This document shows positions 12,601 through 24,994 of a DNA stretch of 64,000 bases, in pieces. The notes beneath the pieces are model-generated. The model had not been told where the DNA came from. It saw nothing but the letters and a program-made list of their open reading frames with translations, and searched no databases. Within the stretch, counting starts at the first letter, position 1, and each line of letters opens with the position of its first letter. A program made the position numbers and the translations under genes. Origin of the DNA: Zygnema circumcarinatum SAG 698-1b (lineage: Eukaryota > Plantae > Zygnematophyceae); contig CM074811.1 of NCBI GenBank assembly GCA_037447605.1, positions 806,001 through 870,000 on the forward strand, in the 5' to 3' direction.

Positions 12601-15600
12601 ACCCCCTACCCTCTACCCCCTAACCCCTACCCCTAAACCCTAAACTTTAAACCCTGCCCCCTGCCCCCTGCCCCTTGCCCCCTGCCCCCTNNNNNNNNNN
12701 TCCCCCCTCCCCTTCCGTACCTTCCTCGCGGCAGCGTCCATGGCCCTGCGGCCCCTTGTGGGCGCGGGGGGGTGCGGGGGGAGGACGGGGAGGCCGCGCA
12801 GCTCGCAGTGGACGTCGTAGAACGCGCCGGTAAGGCCGTCACCCACGGCCTGGAGGGAGGGAGGGAGGGAGGGAGGGAGACGTGGCAGCAGCTCAGTGGC
12901 AGGGTGAACCACGCAAGGAGAGAGGGGCGGGTAGCGGAAGAGCGAGAGAGAGAGAGGGCAGGTGAGGGCAAGAGAGCGTGATGGAGGGGGGGGAGGGAGG
13001 TGGGAGATGAGAGGGAGGGAGAGAGTGAGCGGAGGGGAGCGTGTAGAGGAGATGTGAAAGGGGAGCGAGGTGGAAGGGCGAGAGAGAGAGAGAGAGAGAA
13101 AGAGAGGGGGAGAGAGAGAGAGAGAGAGGACCTTGGAGATGAGCAGCACAAGCATGATGAGCGGCAGCAGGCTGAGGTTGTTGGTGATCTCGACCATGAT
13201 GACGCAGAGGGAGACCGTCATCCGCATGCTGCCGCCGAGGAAGGAGGCGGCGCCCAACAGAGCGTACCTGAACGCATAGCCACCGCCACGCCTTCACAAA
13301 TTAAAGTCACAAAAGAAAAAAAAAAAGAAAAAGAAAAAAAACGATACTTCAAGCGCGCCAAAATGTACTATCTGAATGCCCTACACCGCTACAAGTTCTG
13401 AATACTCAAAAGGGCTACAATCAAACCCTAAAACCCTAAACTCTAAAACCCTACTTTGGTTAGGTCCCAAGACAGCAAGCATCAAAAAATCTCTTCAATT
13501 TCAAAACCCTGAACCCTTCAAGAACCCTAATTCGGAAGCTACCAACCGCCCGCACTCGAATCTTTGTTGATCCCAAAAACAACAACAACAACAACAAGAA
13601 CAACAACAACAATAACAACAACAACAACAACTTGAGCCATGAATCGAAGATGGGTTCCAACAATAGCAGTGCCCAAAAAATCCGGTTTTGGGAGCCCAGT
13701 GTGAACGCACGTGCCCTCGTCGATCTCATCTCGACCGTACATCTTCACCATGAGGATGCCGACAATTCGTCCGTACGTGGCCCCAATCATTATGCCCGGG
13801 ACAAACTGGCCAGCTGGCACTGCTAGGCCGTAGGTGAGAACAGCGAGAGAGTAGAAGATGACCTGCCAAGGGAGGGAGGGAGAGAGGGAGAGAGAGAAGA
13901 AAGAACGAGAAAGGGAGAGAGAGAGACAGAGAGAGAAGAGAGGGAGGGAGAGAGACAGGGGAGAGAGAGAGTGAGATCGAGAGGAAGAGAGAGAAAGGAG
14001 GGAAAAGGGCAAACCACAAAGAATCTGAACAAATTTGAGGGACTGCATGCCTTTTCCTTTCAAAAGCGGAGGCATACCCTATGGCTAGGGTTGATGCGTT
14101 TGTATGAGCTTTCTATATGAGAAGCCCCCCCAAAAACAAAAAAAAAAACATCTATTTTTTTCTAAATAACTTAAGGTTCGAGATTTACGGAAAACCTACA
14201 ACCACTAACAAGCCTCCAGAAACCCTAAACCCTAATCCCTAACCCTAAATCCTGTCCAAAGTTGGGGCAGAGCTCACGAGGAAGGAGAGGAGAGTGTGAG
14301 CGTTGTACTCGTTGATGGTCCGACTGCTGAAAAGATTTCGGATTGCGTCATCCTGCCCGGATCCTCCTCACTTTAGGGTTTAGGGTTTTAGGGATCTGGA
14401 GGGGTTTAAGGGGTTTAAGGATCTTCAGGATTAGGGGATTCGTAGGGTGTCTGGATAGCACTTTAGGGTTGGGAGGAGAATGGTTCGATTTGGAAGGTTC
14501 AGGTTTGAAGGGATTTTCATTTCAGGTGATTCTCTGATTTCAACGAGTAAATTTCTATCAAGTATTATCTATTAAGTTCTTTAGGGTTCAGAGTTTCACC
14601 ATATACTGCATAAAGAAGTGCTGGAAAAAGAACAAGGGGATGGGGAGGGGGGGGGGGAGGGAGAGAGAGATTGTTTTTACCTGGGTGTTAAAAAAGATAG
14701 TGGCGAGATCGTTGTATTCGTTCTCGTTGGCACAACTGAACTGAAAAACCCAACAGAATGGCAGCATGTGAAAAACAAAGATAGCCAGTTTCCATAAAAA
14801 CACAGCCCTTACCATTCGTTTCTGAACGATTTAAGCTGAAGCGAATCTCTACTTATCCACAGACCTTGTCGCACTCATCCTCCAAAGCGAAAAGCGAGTC
14901 CTCCCACTTCCAATCTCTATATTCCCCAAAACTCTCCGCCCCTCGAATCCTTCGCCGATGGAAGAGAACTTCGTCCCATTTCTAGGATTGTATCTTTAGA
15001 ACTAACAAGAATTCAGTTTTTCTCTTGCAATAAGCGTTGATAAAGAAAATAATTTCGACAGCATAATACTAAAAATTATAGTTGCGAACCTAAATCCCAA
15101 TTCAAACCCTAACCCACATCCCCCCCCCCCCGTACATTGACGAAGTTTCCAGTGGTATCGGAGGGCCGCGGACACACGGCGGACGCGTCCGGACAGGCCG
15201 TACAGCGCTGGAGGAGGGGAAGGGCGAAGGAGAGGCACGAGGTCAGCAGGGCCACCGAGCACGCCTCCAGGATCTGCACGGAGGGAGGAAGGGAGGGGAG
15301 GGGAGGNNNNNNNNNNGGAGGGGGATGAGAGGGGAGGGGAGGGGAGGGGAGGGAAGGGGAGGGAGGGAGGGAGGGAGGGAGGCTGTCTGTGAGGCCCTGT
15401 CACTGTCTTCTCCCTCCCTCTCCCTCTCCTTATGGTCTCCCTCCCCTTCTGTAAATCCTCGCCTCTACTTTCCCTCTTCCTCTCTCCGCCCTCCTTGGCG
15501 CCCCCCCTCCGCCCCCCGCCTCTCTCTCTGTCTCTCTCATCAAGCTGAATGGACTATGTGGATCTTGGTTCTGATTTGAGGAGAATGCTGAGTCTCTCCT

Positions 15601-18600
15601 TCCACTAAACATCTTCTGCACCCTATATTTTATCTACGCGAACTTCCCATAACATCCAAAATTCGCTACTGCAATTCGAGGAATGAATCATATAGAACAT
15701 ATAAAATAATAATTTCCGTACCTTCACGTTATCTCCCTTGGGATGCAAGTAATTCCGCCTCCACGAGGACACATAGAGAGTGAGTTGGTTGAACAGAGCA
15801 CCTACTCTTCCCCTCCGCATTCCCTGTCAGTTTCAGTTCTACCCAGTTCTGTTCAATCCCAGCCACATCCTTTATACTTGAATCTGGAGAATTAGCGTTT
15901 CCATTGGACAAAGTCACCTAAGACTTTTCAAGTCTCTAGAGTGGCCAGGTTAACTAGAATTCGACTTTTGGGGCATCTTTGTTTCATGATGTTTTGAGAC
16001 TCCAAGTTTTTGAGACTCTTTTAAGACTGGGGTTTAACTCACCCAAAAGTCCTCCTATTACACCGAGCATAGCCATGGGGAGCAGTTCATATGGGGAATA
16101 GTCATCCTGCCCGCTGCAAAGGTCCTCAGAAAAATAAATAAAATAAACGAATAACACAAGTTAAAGTATACGACACAACCTGATCCCCATGTAACCCTAA
16201 AGCTAACGTAGTGGGGTTCATATCTCACTATTTGAGCCTCTTTTGTTCTGTAGGCTTTTGCGGGCTCTCAACGCATAGAACTCGAACCCTTTGGTGGAAA
16301 AACAGAAAAAAGCGACGGCAAAACGGAAAAAGCCTTTGTAAATATCCCTCGACTGATTCTCAGTCAACTAACTAGTCAATGAAGTAGTCAAAAAACCAAC
16401 CCAATACATCGTTTTCTCCCTTTCCGACATGCACATGATAATAGTCGTGCATCTCTTCGAGTGCAATAAACTCTAGTTTACTTTCTATGCACTACAGTGT
16501 GCAGAGGGCAGATCTTAAAGTTAAAATTAATCGCTAATTTATTATTTCGTATAACCAACATGCAGATGTACGAATTTCTCACCCATGCACATCCCAAATG
16601 ATGAACCCTCCCTCTCCGAAGACGCTGCATCGGTCCCTACTGCACCACCGCATTAGGGCGCGCAGGACAGCTGTCACCACGGCAGAGGTGAAGAACACGC
16701 GCCACATCAGCTGGCTGCGCCACCTGGCGCCCTCCCATTGGCCCAGAAGTGCACGTGGACGGTTCAGGCTTTGGGCACGCATACTAGCAATAGGAAATGA
16801 CTCTCCTTCACATTCCCCAACAAGCTCTCCTGTCCTCTCTATCCACAGGCCTCCTGCTCCTCCCTCCCTACTCTCTCCCTCGCCCACCATCTCTTCCACC
16901 CCTCCGCCCCTCTCCTGTCTCTCCCCTCTCTCCTCCCCTCCGCACCATCGCTGCCACACTCTCCCACACAACCCTTTCGCCTTCCTTCCCTACCCCCTGT
17001 TTCCTGCACCTTCCCGCTCCTCCTCCCTCCCACTCTCTCTCCCTCCCTCTCTCTCTCCCTCCCTCTCTCCCTCCCTCTCTCTCTCCCTCCCTCTCTCCCT
17101 CCTCTCTCTCTCCCTCCCTCTCTCTCTCCCTCCCTCTCTCCCCCCCCTCTCTCCCTCCCTCTCTCTCCCTCCCTCCCTCTCCCTCTCTCTCTCTCCCTCC
17201 CTCTCTCTCTCCCTCCCCCTCTCTCTCCCTCCCTCTNNNNNNNNNNCCCTCCCTCTCTCTCCCTCCCTCTCTTCCTCCCTCTCTCTCTCCCTCCCACCCA
17301 CCAGGAGGTGACCTCCTCGAGGGCGAACAGCACCCCCCCCACAGGTGCTCTGAAGGCTGCAGCAGCACCTGCTGCTGCCCCACATGTCACCTTCCCCCTC
17401 CCCCCCCCAAACTGCAAAGGTCAGGGGATTCTAACGGTTCTATGCTTGCCCATAAGCGTACTGACATTCCCTGCATTCCCTGCTGTGAAAGCTTGGCTCT
17501 GTCCAAAGTTTCTTCAAGAAGAGGGAGAATTCACACGACCCATAAAGGTACTCAACAAGAAAAGACTATGGACCACCCATAGTAGTGCCAAAGAAACCAT
17601 TAGAACTTCTGATAAACAGTCCAACAATCGTCCGGAACACCCATAACTCATAATTCTACGGACTCTTTACCCCACTCCCCCAATTCGCAAGATGCGAAAT
17701 TTCTGAACCCTTCAACGCTCAGCCGAGGGATTGGCCCTACCAAGTCTCTCCGGTCGAGGTCATTTTGGAACATTCGGAGCCATTTCCATGTGAGCCGATG
17801 GTGTGCAGTTCCGCCCTACGGAAAGGCAAAATCTGCGCTTTCGTAGTTAGCTCTAAATTGCAAACCTCTCTATCTCCCTCGCTTCCCTCCTCTCCTTCCC
17901 TTGTCTTTTCTCGCTCCGACTCCTCCTCTATCGTCGCCTCTCGCTTCTCCTTCACTCTCTCTTGCACTCTCTTTTTGAGGGTTACATGTAGACATGGGGT
18001 TCCATTTCACATTTTTTTTCATAAAAAAGAAAAATTCTTACCTGCCCTAAAAGAGAGGCAATACATGCTCCTGTATGGACAAGTGGACCTTCTTTTCCCA
18101 AAGCCAACCCTCCAGCTACAGATCCAATGCTTCCGAAAATCTGAAACCCCATAACGCTGAAGTAAATCATAAAACCAAAGATTTAATACAGAGACCCGTA
18201 TACCAAGGAAAAAGAGGAGATGGGAAGGGGGAGAAGGAAGGATAAAGAGAAGGTTCAGGTGGAAACGGAGAAGAAGTCCACTCTTATTCACTTAGGGAAT
18301 GTACGTATCACAATTTTTCTATGATGTCATTTGGTGTTCACGAAATCCTGCTCTACAAAAATTCAAACATCATAAGAGGCAATGTGTGCAGGTCTCCAGA
18401 ATTGGAAAATATGAGACGACAAATTTAGGGTATATGAGAAGCGCATACCTTACCGATAAGAGTACGGAACAGAAGTATTCCCGGCGTGTCTATGCCTGAA
18501 ATGTAATAGATAAACAAACCGAATTAATCACTATATTCTATTCTCTATCTTCCTCTCTCCCACTCCACTTCTTTTGCTTCCTTGAATTTAGAGATTGCGT

Positions 18601-20193
18601 GTCCGTTACGGAATCCAATTGATAGTTCGAATCCCAAAACTTTTTTTCTTTTCGAGTTGGAATCTTGTAACGCCTCTCCCGACTTCCAAACAGTAAAGCT
18701 GAAGAGTTTCAAGAACTGAGAAATGTCACATATTTAAGGTTACAAATGCTTCTCACCATTGAGGTAACCCTTAATTTCTGGAATTCCGGATCCGGCAGCC
18801 GCAGGAGCAAAATGGGTCACAATATAAGCGGAGGAGTAGACAAGGCTCACGTTGCAGGCCGCATACGTGATGAAGGCGAGAAAGTAAGAGTATCTCATGA
18901 GGAAAAATGTGGCAGCGAATTTGAAGCCCGCACAATATTCCACGGCAATGTTGATGAAGAAAGAGACCAAACCCGTGGCTGCATTATAACGGGACGTGAA
19001 CATTTTCGATAAAAAATGGGGGGGGGGGGCTTCCAAGGCATTGTAAGGCCTAAAACTTGAACAAGGGTGAGCTCTCTACCGACATTTGAAGCCCAGAACA
19101 GTCACAAAATGCCATCCAATGCGTTTCCTCCAAGAAATCTTAAAAGCTCTAACCACAATAACTCCCCCAAAATGGGCACGCAAGACAGCAATGACGAGGG
19201 AGGAGGATTGGGAGGGAGGGGAGGGAGGGAGGGGGAAGGGGAGGAGCGGGGAGAGAGGAGGTGGGAGGAAGGTGGAAGGAGGGAAGGCAGGGAGGGGAGG
19301 TGGAGGGGGAGCGGGGAGAGGGGGAGCGGGGAGAGGGGACGTGGGAGAGGGGGAGGAAAGGGGGAAGCAGGAGGGAGGGAGGGAGGGAGCACCCAGGCCG
19401 AGCAGCAGTGCCAGCAGCCACTTGACAACCGTCTCGCACGTTCGCTCAAAGGGGGTCTGCTCGCTCTGCGCCCGCCATATGTTCAAACCCTAATTTTAAA
19501 ATCTGAAGTCTCTCAAACTCGAATTCTGAAACCTACAACCTCTCAAGCTTTAATTCTGAACACTAAGGCCTTCCAACATTAAACTACAAATCTTGAACCT
19601 CAATAATTATCACACCCTAAACCCTCCAATGCCTGAAATCATGAATCCTGAAGGTCTTAATATTGAGCAAGCATTGGAACCCTCACCCTTGACGGCCATT
19701 AAAACCTGAAACCCAGGAACACCTCAAACCCTAAGCCCCGAACCCTGACGTTTCTCCCTCCCTCCCTCCCACTCCCTCCCTCCCCCCGCCCCCCCTCCCT
19801 ACCTCCATCCCTCCCTCCCTCCCTCCATCCCTCCCTCCCTATCTCCCTCGTTCTCCTTCTCATTCGCACCCTCCCCCCAACCCCCCTTCCTCCCTCCTCC
19901 TTTGCCCCTCCCTCCCCCTCCCTCCCTACCTCCGTCACTTCGTAGTCGAGGCTTTCCAGCTCCTTGCTCGCTGCTTCCGGCTCCGCCCCGTTCTGCCTCT
20001 CCCCGTTCATCCGAGCAGGCCCCTCCGGCTCCCCTTCCTCCGATCGCACGTGTGAGGGCAGTAGCACTGCCACGTCATCGTCCGCCACGTCATCGCTCGC
20101 ACGTGCGGCAGGCGCCCCTGCTAATGAAGCTTCCATAAACCTTCCCGCCTCCAGTTCTCTACCATCCTCCTCCATCCCGCCAAGCTCTCCCAC
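9635..20193 (-). CDS. CLC-d: CLC-family chloride/proton transporter, CLC-d type, with two CBS domains
   Basis: About 21 exons (approx, + coordinates): 19930-20193, 19393-19489, 18757-18978, 18449-18495, 18041-18130, 17741-17816, 17306-17390, 16584-16730, 16040-16117, 15721-15800, 15135-15270, 14682-14790, 14276-14356, 13727-13860, 13132-13267, 12710-12850, 11967-12060, 11715-11810, 10823-10980, 10374-10490, 10012-10074, 9635-9755. Motifs: [132 protein letters not shown]...GIITRKDL. The last two exons and a few boundaries are less certain. Confidence 0.93.
12330..12650. repeat. Degenerate interstitial telomere-like (CCCTAAA/AACCCT)n tract in a CLC intron
   Basis: Many aaaccctaaaccctaaaccc variants, grading into (cccctg)n before the gap at 12691. 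Similar tracts occur at 13425-13530, 14221-14252, 14371-14480 (opposite orientation) and 19580-19750. Confidence 0.75.
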
Positions 20194-20479
20194 TCCGCCC
20201 CTCCTTAAGCCCTCCCCAGCACTTGCACAGCCATGCGCAGATATTAAACCCTAACCCTAAAAAAGTGAAAGCTGGGCAAAGGCGAACTAGCCACGTGGCG
20301 GCGCGGGACAACGGTAAAACTGCCGTACTTTTTGTATGTCACGATACCATCAGCCGTACGATTTCTACATGCATAGATTCACATGAATCACAACGTCATG
20401 ATTGCTATGTTCCGTACGGCGGACCTCCAGCGGTCGCGAAAGTCAACGAACTTGGGGCTTTGAAGCTATGTTTGTTTGG

Positions 20480-20672
20480 CCCATGGTTTTGGAAAATATG
20501 AGCCGAAAATCTTGATTTTGCAAATATAAGGTTCGTGTTACCAATAGGCGGGCGGTATTATGTTAGAGTTCATGTATGATCGTACGTATCGTACCGTACC
20601 ATATCGTACCGTGCCATATCTCCCAATATCGTATCGTATCGTATCGTACCGTATCGCACCATATCGTATCGA
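20480..20672 (+). repeat. Dispersed repeat ending in (CGTAT)n, homologous to 39690-39850 on the opposite strand; probable hAT-type terminal fragment
   Basis: ccatggttttggaaaatatg...gttaccaataggcgggcggtattatgttagagttcatgtat...cgtacgtatcgtacc aligns with the reverse complement of 39690-39850 (roughly 80% by eye). Confidence 0.65.
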
Positions 20673-20754
20673 AGCCAAGAAGAAGAGGGAGAAGAGCGAG
20701 AGCCTCTTACGGCGGGACGTGCGGGGAGATTAGGTGACTTTTGGGTAAGCCCGT

Positions 20755-21395
20755 TGTAGCGTAGTGGAGCTGCGCTCGACGGATCCGCGTCAGTTCAGTT
20801 GTACTTGATATATGCCTCTTCAGAATCACGGATCAGCAGAATCCAGGAGCTGCCAACGGAGGATGCAAGAAGGCAGTACCATGTGTTGGCGGCCCACGGA
20901 ACAGCNNNNNNNNNNCAAGGCGCACTCGGAGCGCCGCAATTTGCCGCCGATAGTTATTAGTTGACCTATCATAAGGCTCCACATAGTCAGCCAGGCCACT
21001 CAGTGGTCAGTTGGCCAATCAGAGACTGGCACTACTAAGACTCAGGATTTACTGTCAGGGATAGATAGATGGGATGTCAGTGATGCTAGTTTGTCTTTTA
21101 GTGCTGGGCTTAGTATTTGTATTTGCTGTGTGGTTTGTTGTCCTGTTCTTCTTTTCTTCCTCTCAAGCTTCAGCAATAGATGCTAGTACGAGAGAGAAAG
21201 AGTTCCACTGCAGAGAGANNNNNNNNNNCCTACGTCTTCCGCTGCGCGTACCTCTGAATCCCCCGGTTCCTGGCTCTATACTGCAGGCAGACCCACAGCC
21301 CCAATCCAACCCTTCATTAGTTTCAGGACAGATGCACTAGTTGCCGTACAGCACCTTCAGCTAGCTCAGCAGTCTCCTCTCAACCCCACTTATCT
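20755..21395 (+). repeat. Gypsy 5' LTR (contains two assembly gaps)
   Basis: Aligns with 29691-30640. The final ~170 bp (cctacgtcttccgctgcg...caaccccacttatcttg) are almost identical between the two copies. Confidence 0.85.
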
Positions 21396-21407
21396 TGGTA
21401 TCAGAGC
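21396..21407 (+). promoter_or_regulatory. Primer-binding site complementary to the 3' end of tRNA-iMet
   Basis: TGGTATCAGAGC immediately after the 5' LTR. Confidence 0.9.
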
Positions 21408-21432
21408 TCAAGGTTTTGCAGATCCACGTACC

Positions 21433-24400
21433 TTGATACGTGAGGCTGCCGATTCTGTGACCCGTGTCACAGCAGCCATGGATGAAGAGCTGCAACAAGA
21501 GGGACAAGCAGATCTTCATGAATTTTCAGATGAAGACTTAGGACATCAAGAGGAGCACACGATACGAAATCCAAGGACGGATTCAGACTCAGAGGAAGAA
21601 GCAGTCAGAGAGAGACTGAAGATGGGCATCACAGAAGACAACCCTTACCCCAGTTTGGCATACCTTGAACAAATTGAGTCAATTGAAGAACTGCAGCGAC
21701 TCCATCTAGGCAGTGATGGCCATAGATTTCGCTGGCGTTATGCACGCAGAAGAATCAGGTTGTCAGCCTGCCCAGTTGCTGTTACGGCTGTAGATGCTGT
21801 AAAGAGAGGAGTTCCTTTCGAACCTGAGATCCTCTCTGCAGCCCACCAGAGCAAGTCCCACGTGACCTCAGTCGACCAGCTACTGCACCAGGGGCCCCTT
21901 CCAGCACAGTAGCAGCACACAGTCCTACAGCAGAACAAGGGATTCCTCAGAAGACACCCTCACCCCCTGCGTTCACAACTTACCCACCCGGCAGCCCCAG
22001 GCGAGCTGCTTCAGGGGCAAGAGCATGCCGATCGCAAGGTCCCACCAGCTTTCGCACCAACCTGCAGAGTAGCACACGTTTCAGATCTGAGGTCCCCAAC
22101 AAGATGGAAGAGATGATGACAAAACTGATAGCCATCATCCCTGAAAAGAGTGAGGTGAGAGATACCACGGGTATCATCACTAGAGGATTCACTGGAAAGC
22201 AAGAAGATGCAGATGTTAGTGTAAAGTAGTTAGGGACTTGTTGTACACTAAGTTGTTGGTACTAAGTTCTAAGGAGGGGTGTGCTCAAAAGTGTCCACAT
22301 TGTACGGAGGGGCGTCTAGGCGACCGTACAAGTCTTTAAGGGGTGTGCGTATAGCGCGCGAGTCTGATTTGGCAAGGCAAGGCATCAGAATGTCGGTGGA
22401 GCCAATCAGTGGTACGATTTGGAAGGCCAAGACCATGGGTGTACGGACATTGGTCGGTGGCGAGGCGCGGCGCGGCGGAGTCAGATGTGACGTGGCGCGA
22501 CGCGACAAATCGAGAAGTGACGAGGCGCGAATCAGCGCGCGGAGCAGAACTGACGAGGTACGGAGTCAGCAATNNNNNNNNNNGCAAGAAGGGAGGAGGG
22601 GTGATGGCAGGTATCCCAGAGATGAACGCAAGAGGATTCACGAGACGAACTTGATGTTCTCAGATTGGGGACCTAATGATGAGTTTGTCGGATGTCTTAG
22701 AGTTGAAAATTCAGCTAAACCTTGGGTGATTGATTCCGGTGCTTCAAGGCACATGTGCGTGGACGACTCACTCTTTGCAGAGAAGGAGACTTTGGAGGGA
22801 ACCAGCTTCGGTCTACTTTCGGCTTAGCGGAGGAAGAATTCACCGATTGGCATAGAGGCCCAGGCAGTGGATTGGAGGAGGTGCTCGGGGAAGCATGAGA
22901 GGGTTGTCCATGTTGTGGCATTGCTCCATACTCGGGACTCACAGTTAATTTCCTCTCTGTTAGTCAGCTGTGTGAGAAGGACTATGGAGTATGGTTTGAG
23001 AAGGGTAGTTGTGAGGTCATTCACAAGGAGACAGGTCAGGTCTTGTGCAAGGGAATTCAGCAAGGTGGGCTTTACTTTCTAGAGTGGAAGGAGGCTCAAG
23101 GGCTGAGCTATCCCGCCAAGGACCCTGTAGAGGAACCCATTCACCATAAGATAGATCAGGACCCGACTGGGAGGGAAGGGGATCTTTAGAGCAAGCATTG
23201 CGGGGCTGAGGGGGCGGGGATTATTTCGCCAGCGACATTTGGAATGCGCCGGGCTAAGGGGTTGAAAGACCCATCACCGAAAGGGTGGACATTAGTGGTG
23301 GTGAGGTATTGTGCATTCGGGGATCACTCGGAGTTAGTGAGCTCGAGGGGAGGCGGGCTCTGGGGCTTGTTGCATCGAGCAAGGATGGAGTTGAAGTGGA
23401 GGGTCCTTTCCAGCCCGGGGTAGTGGAGGCGACCCGAGGTACAAGGTTGCAAGCCCACAAAATGCGGTTCTTTGTTTATGAGGGATTCGTGAGAAAGCGC
23501 CCGAGGTCCGAATGTGGAAGCGACCAAGTGAGGTCGAGGGGGATGATGATGATCTCGGGCCTTTGGATCGAGAGGCGGCTTGTTGGACAAGGGAGCATAC
23601 ATTTAGTTGTGGGACACTAGGGGATTGTAGTGGTCTCATGGAACTAGGGCCCATGGGGAACTAAGTACCAAGAGGGGGATTGTTAGTGTAAAGTAGTTAA
23701 GGACTTGTTGTACACTAAGTTGTTGGTACTAAGTTCTAAGGAGGGGTGTGCTCAAAAGTGTCCACATTGTACGGAGGGGCGTCTAGGCGACCGTACAAGT
23801 CTTTAAGGGGTGTGCGTGATAGCGCTGGGCGAGTCTCTGGATTTCGCGTGCGCAAGGCATCAACGCCGCTGAGCCACCGCTGGTAATGCATTTGGAAGGC
23901 TAAGACTATGGGTGTACGACATCGGGTTTGGCGAGAGGCGCGGCGGAGTCGATGTGACGCGGGCGCTGACGCGGTCAAATCGAAGCGATTTGTGCGCGTA
24001 ATTGGCCAAGGCGGAAAGTGTAACCAATCGGATTTGCGGTACGCGAGCCGCGAATGTTCATTTTGGGAGGACAAAGGGCGACCTGGCCGGTGCCGGTGAA
24101 AGGGAAGGCCTGTACGTTCCAGGTCGGTGGCGCTTGTAGGCTTACGGGGTCCCACATGACGCCAAATGTGGGGAGTCAGATCCTACGGTGGAGGACTCGG
24201 CGGATGGAGATAAAGGGGCGGATCTGGCCGGCTTGTGATGTGCTGGATCCATGCAAGCCTACGAGGATCCAACGGCGCGAGATTAGGATCGGGATAAGGG
24301 TCTTGCAAGGCGTTGCATGTGCGGCCGTGACGTGACAATGTCACTAATGGCGCCATATTGTATTTAAGGCTTAGATTGTTTGGTAGAAGTTAACCTTCTC

Positions 24401-24994
24401 GTGACTTACATTGGGGAGTGAGGCTATCTTGCTTAGGGCCTAGGAGATAGTGGGAAGAGTTCAGCTTGTAGTGGGTGGTTTATTCACGTAGCTTGAGTGA
24501 AGGTGCTTGAAGCTTGGCTCTAGTGTTGTCAAGTTGTATTTCATCTTTATCTTAAGGAGTTTTAGGCTGGTGGCTTTCTCCTTACATTTTCATATTTCCG
24601 CTGAGTTGTTCTCTTGCATTTAGTGTGCTTTGTGTGATTGAGCAATTCATTGAAGATGTCGAGTTCTACCCAAGGTAGAGGAGAAGTGGCAGCCCCACCA
24701 AGAGAGGGCGCTGCAACAACAGCAGAGGCCTGGCTGAGACATCTGGAGGAAAAGGCAGCGCAAGCAGACCTGAAGGATGACTAGTGGATCAAGCTGGCCC
24801 TTGGGGCGCTGGAAGGAGAGGCCGTCAATTGGAAATTGTCCCGAAACTGGCACAAGGCGGCTGTCGTTGGCACCCTGACTAGGGACACATTCAAGCAGGC
24901 TTTCAGACAACGCTGGATTTCAGATCCAATCACTGTGCTAGACCGACTCCGCTACATAGAGTGCTACAGTGATGAGCGGCTGTTTGAATTCACT
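21433..24994 (+). pseudogene. gag: Gypsy gag, split by the nested element at 22214-24721
   Basis: Removing the insertion and one TSD copy restores RGFTGKQEDAE|AWLRHLEEKAAQADLKDD*WIKLALGALEGEAVNW...TFKQAFRQRW, a retrotransposon-gag-like segment. In-frame TAG at 24782. Confidence 0.8.
22214..24721 (+). mobile_element. Non-autonomous Ty1/Copia-type element (gag/protease only, TR-GAG-like) nested in the Gypsy gag
   Basis: LTRs start TGTTAGTGTAAAG at 22214 and 23681, with the first ~135 bp nearly identical. PPT AAGAGGGGGAT at 23670-23680. The 3' LTR ends CAACAACA at 24721. 5-bp TSD GCAGA at 22209-22213 and 24722-24726. Internal WVIDSGASRHM protease and FLSVSQLCEKDYGVWFEKGSC...GGLYFL; no INT/RT/RH in the gap-free stretch 22584-23680. 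Confidence 0.88.

Noticed and set aside
18600-18640. Isolated B-box-like GTTCGAATCCC in a CLC intron
   Set aside because: No A-box or cloverleaf upstream.
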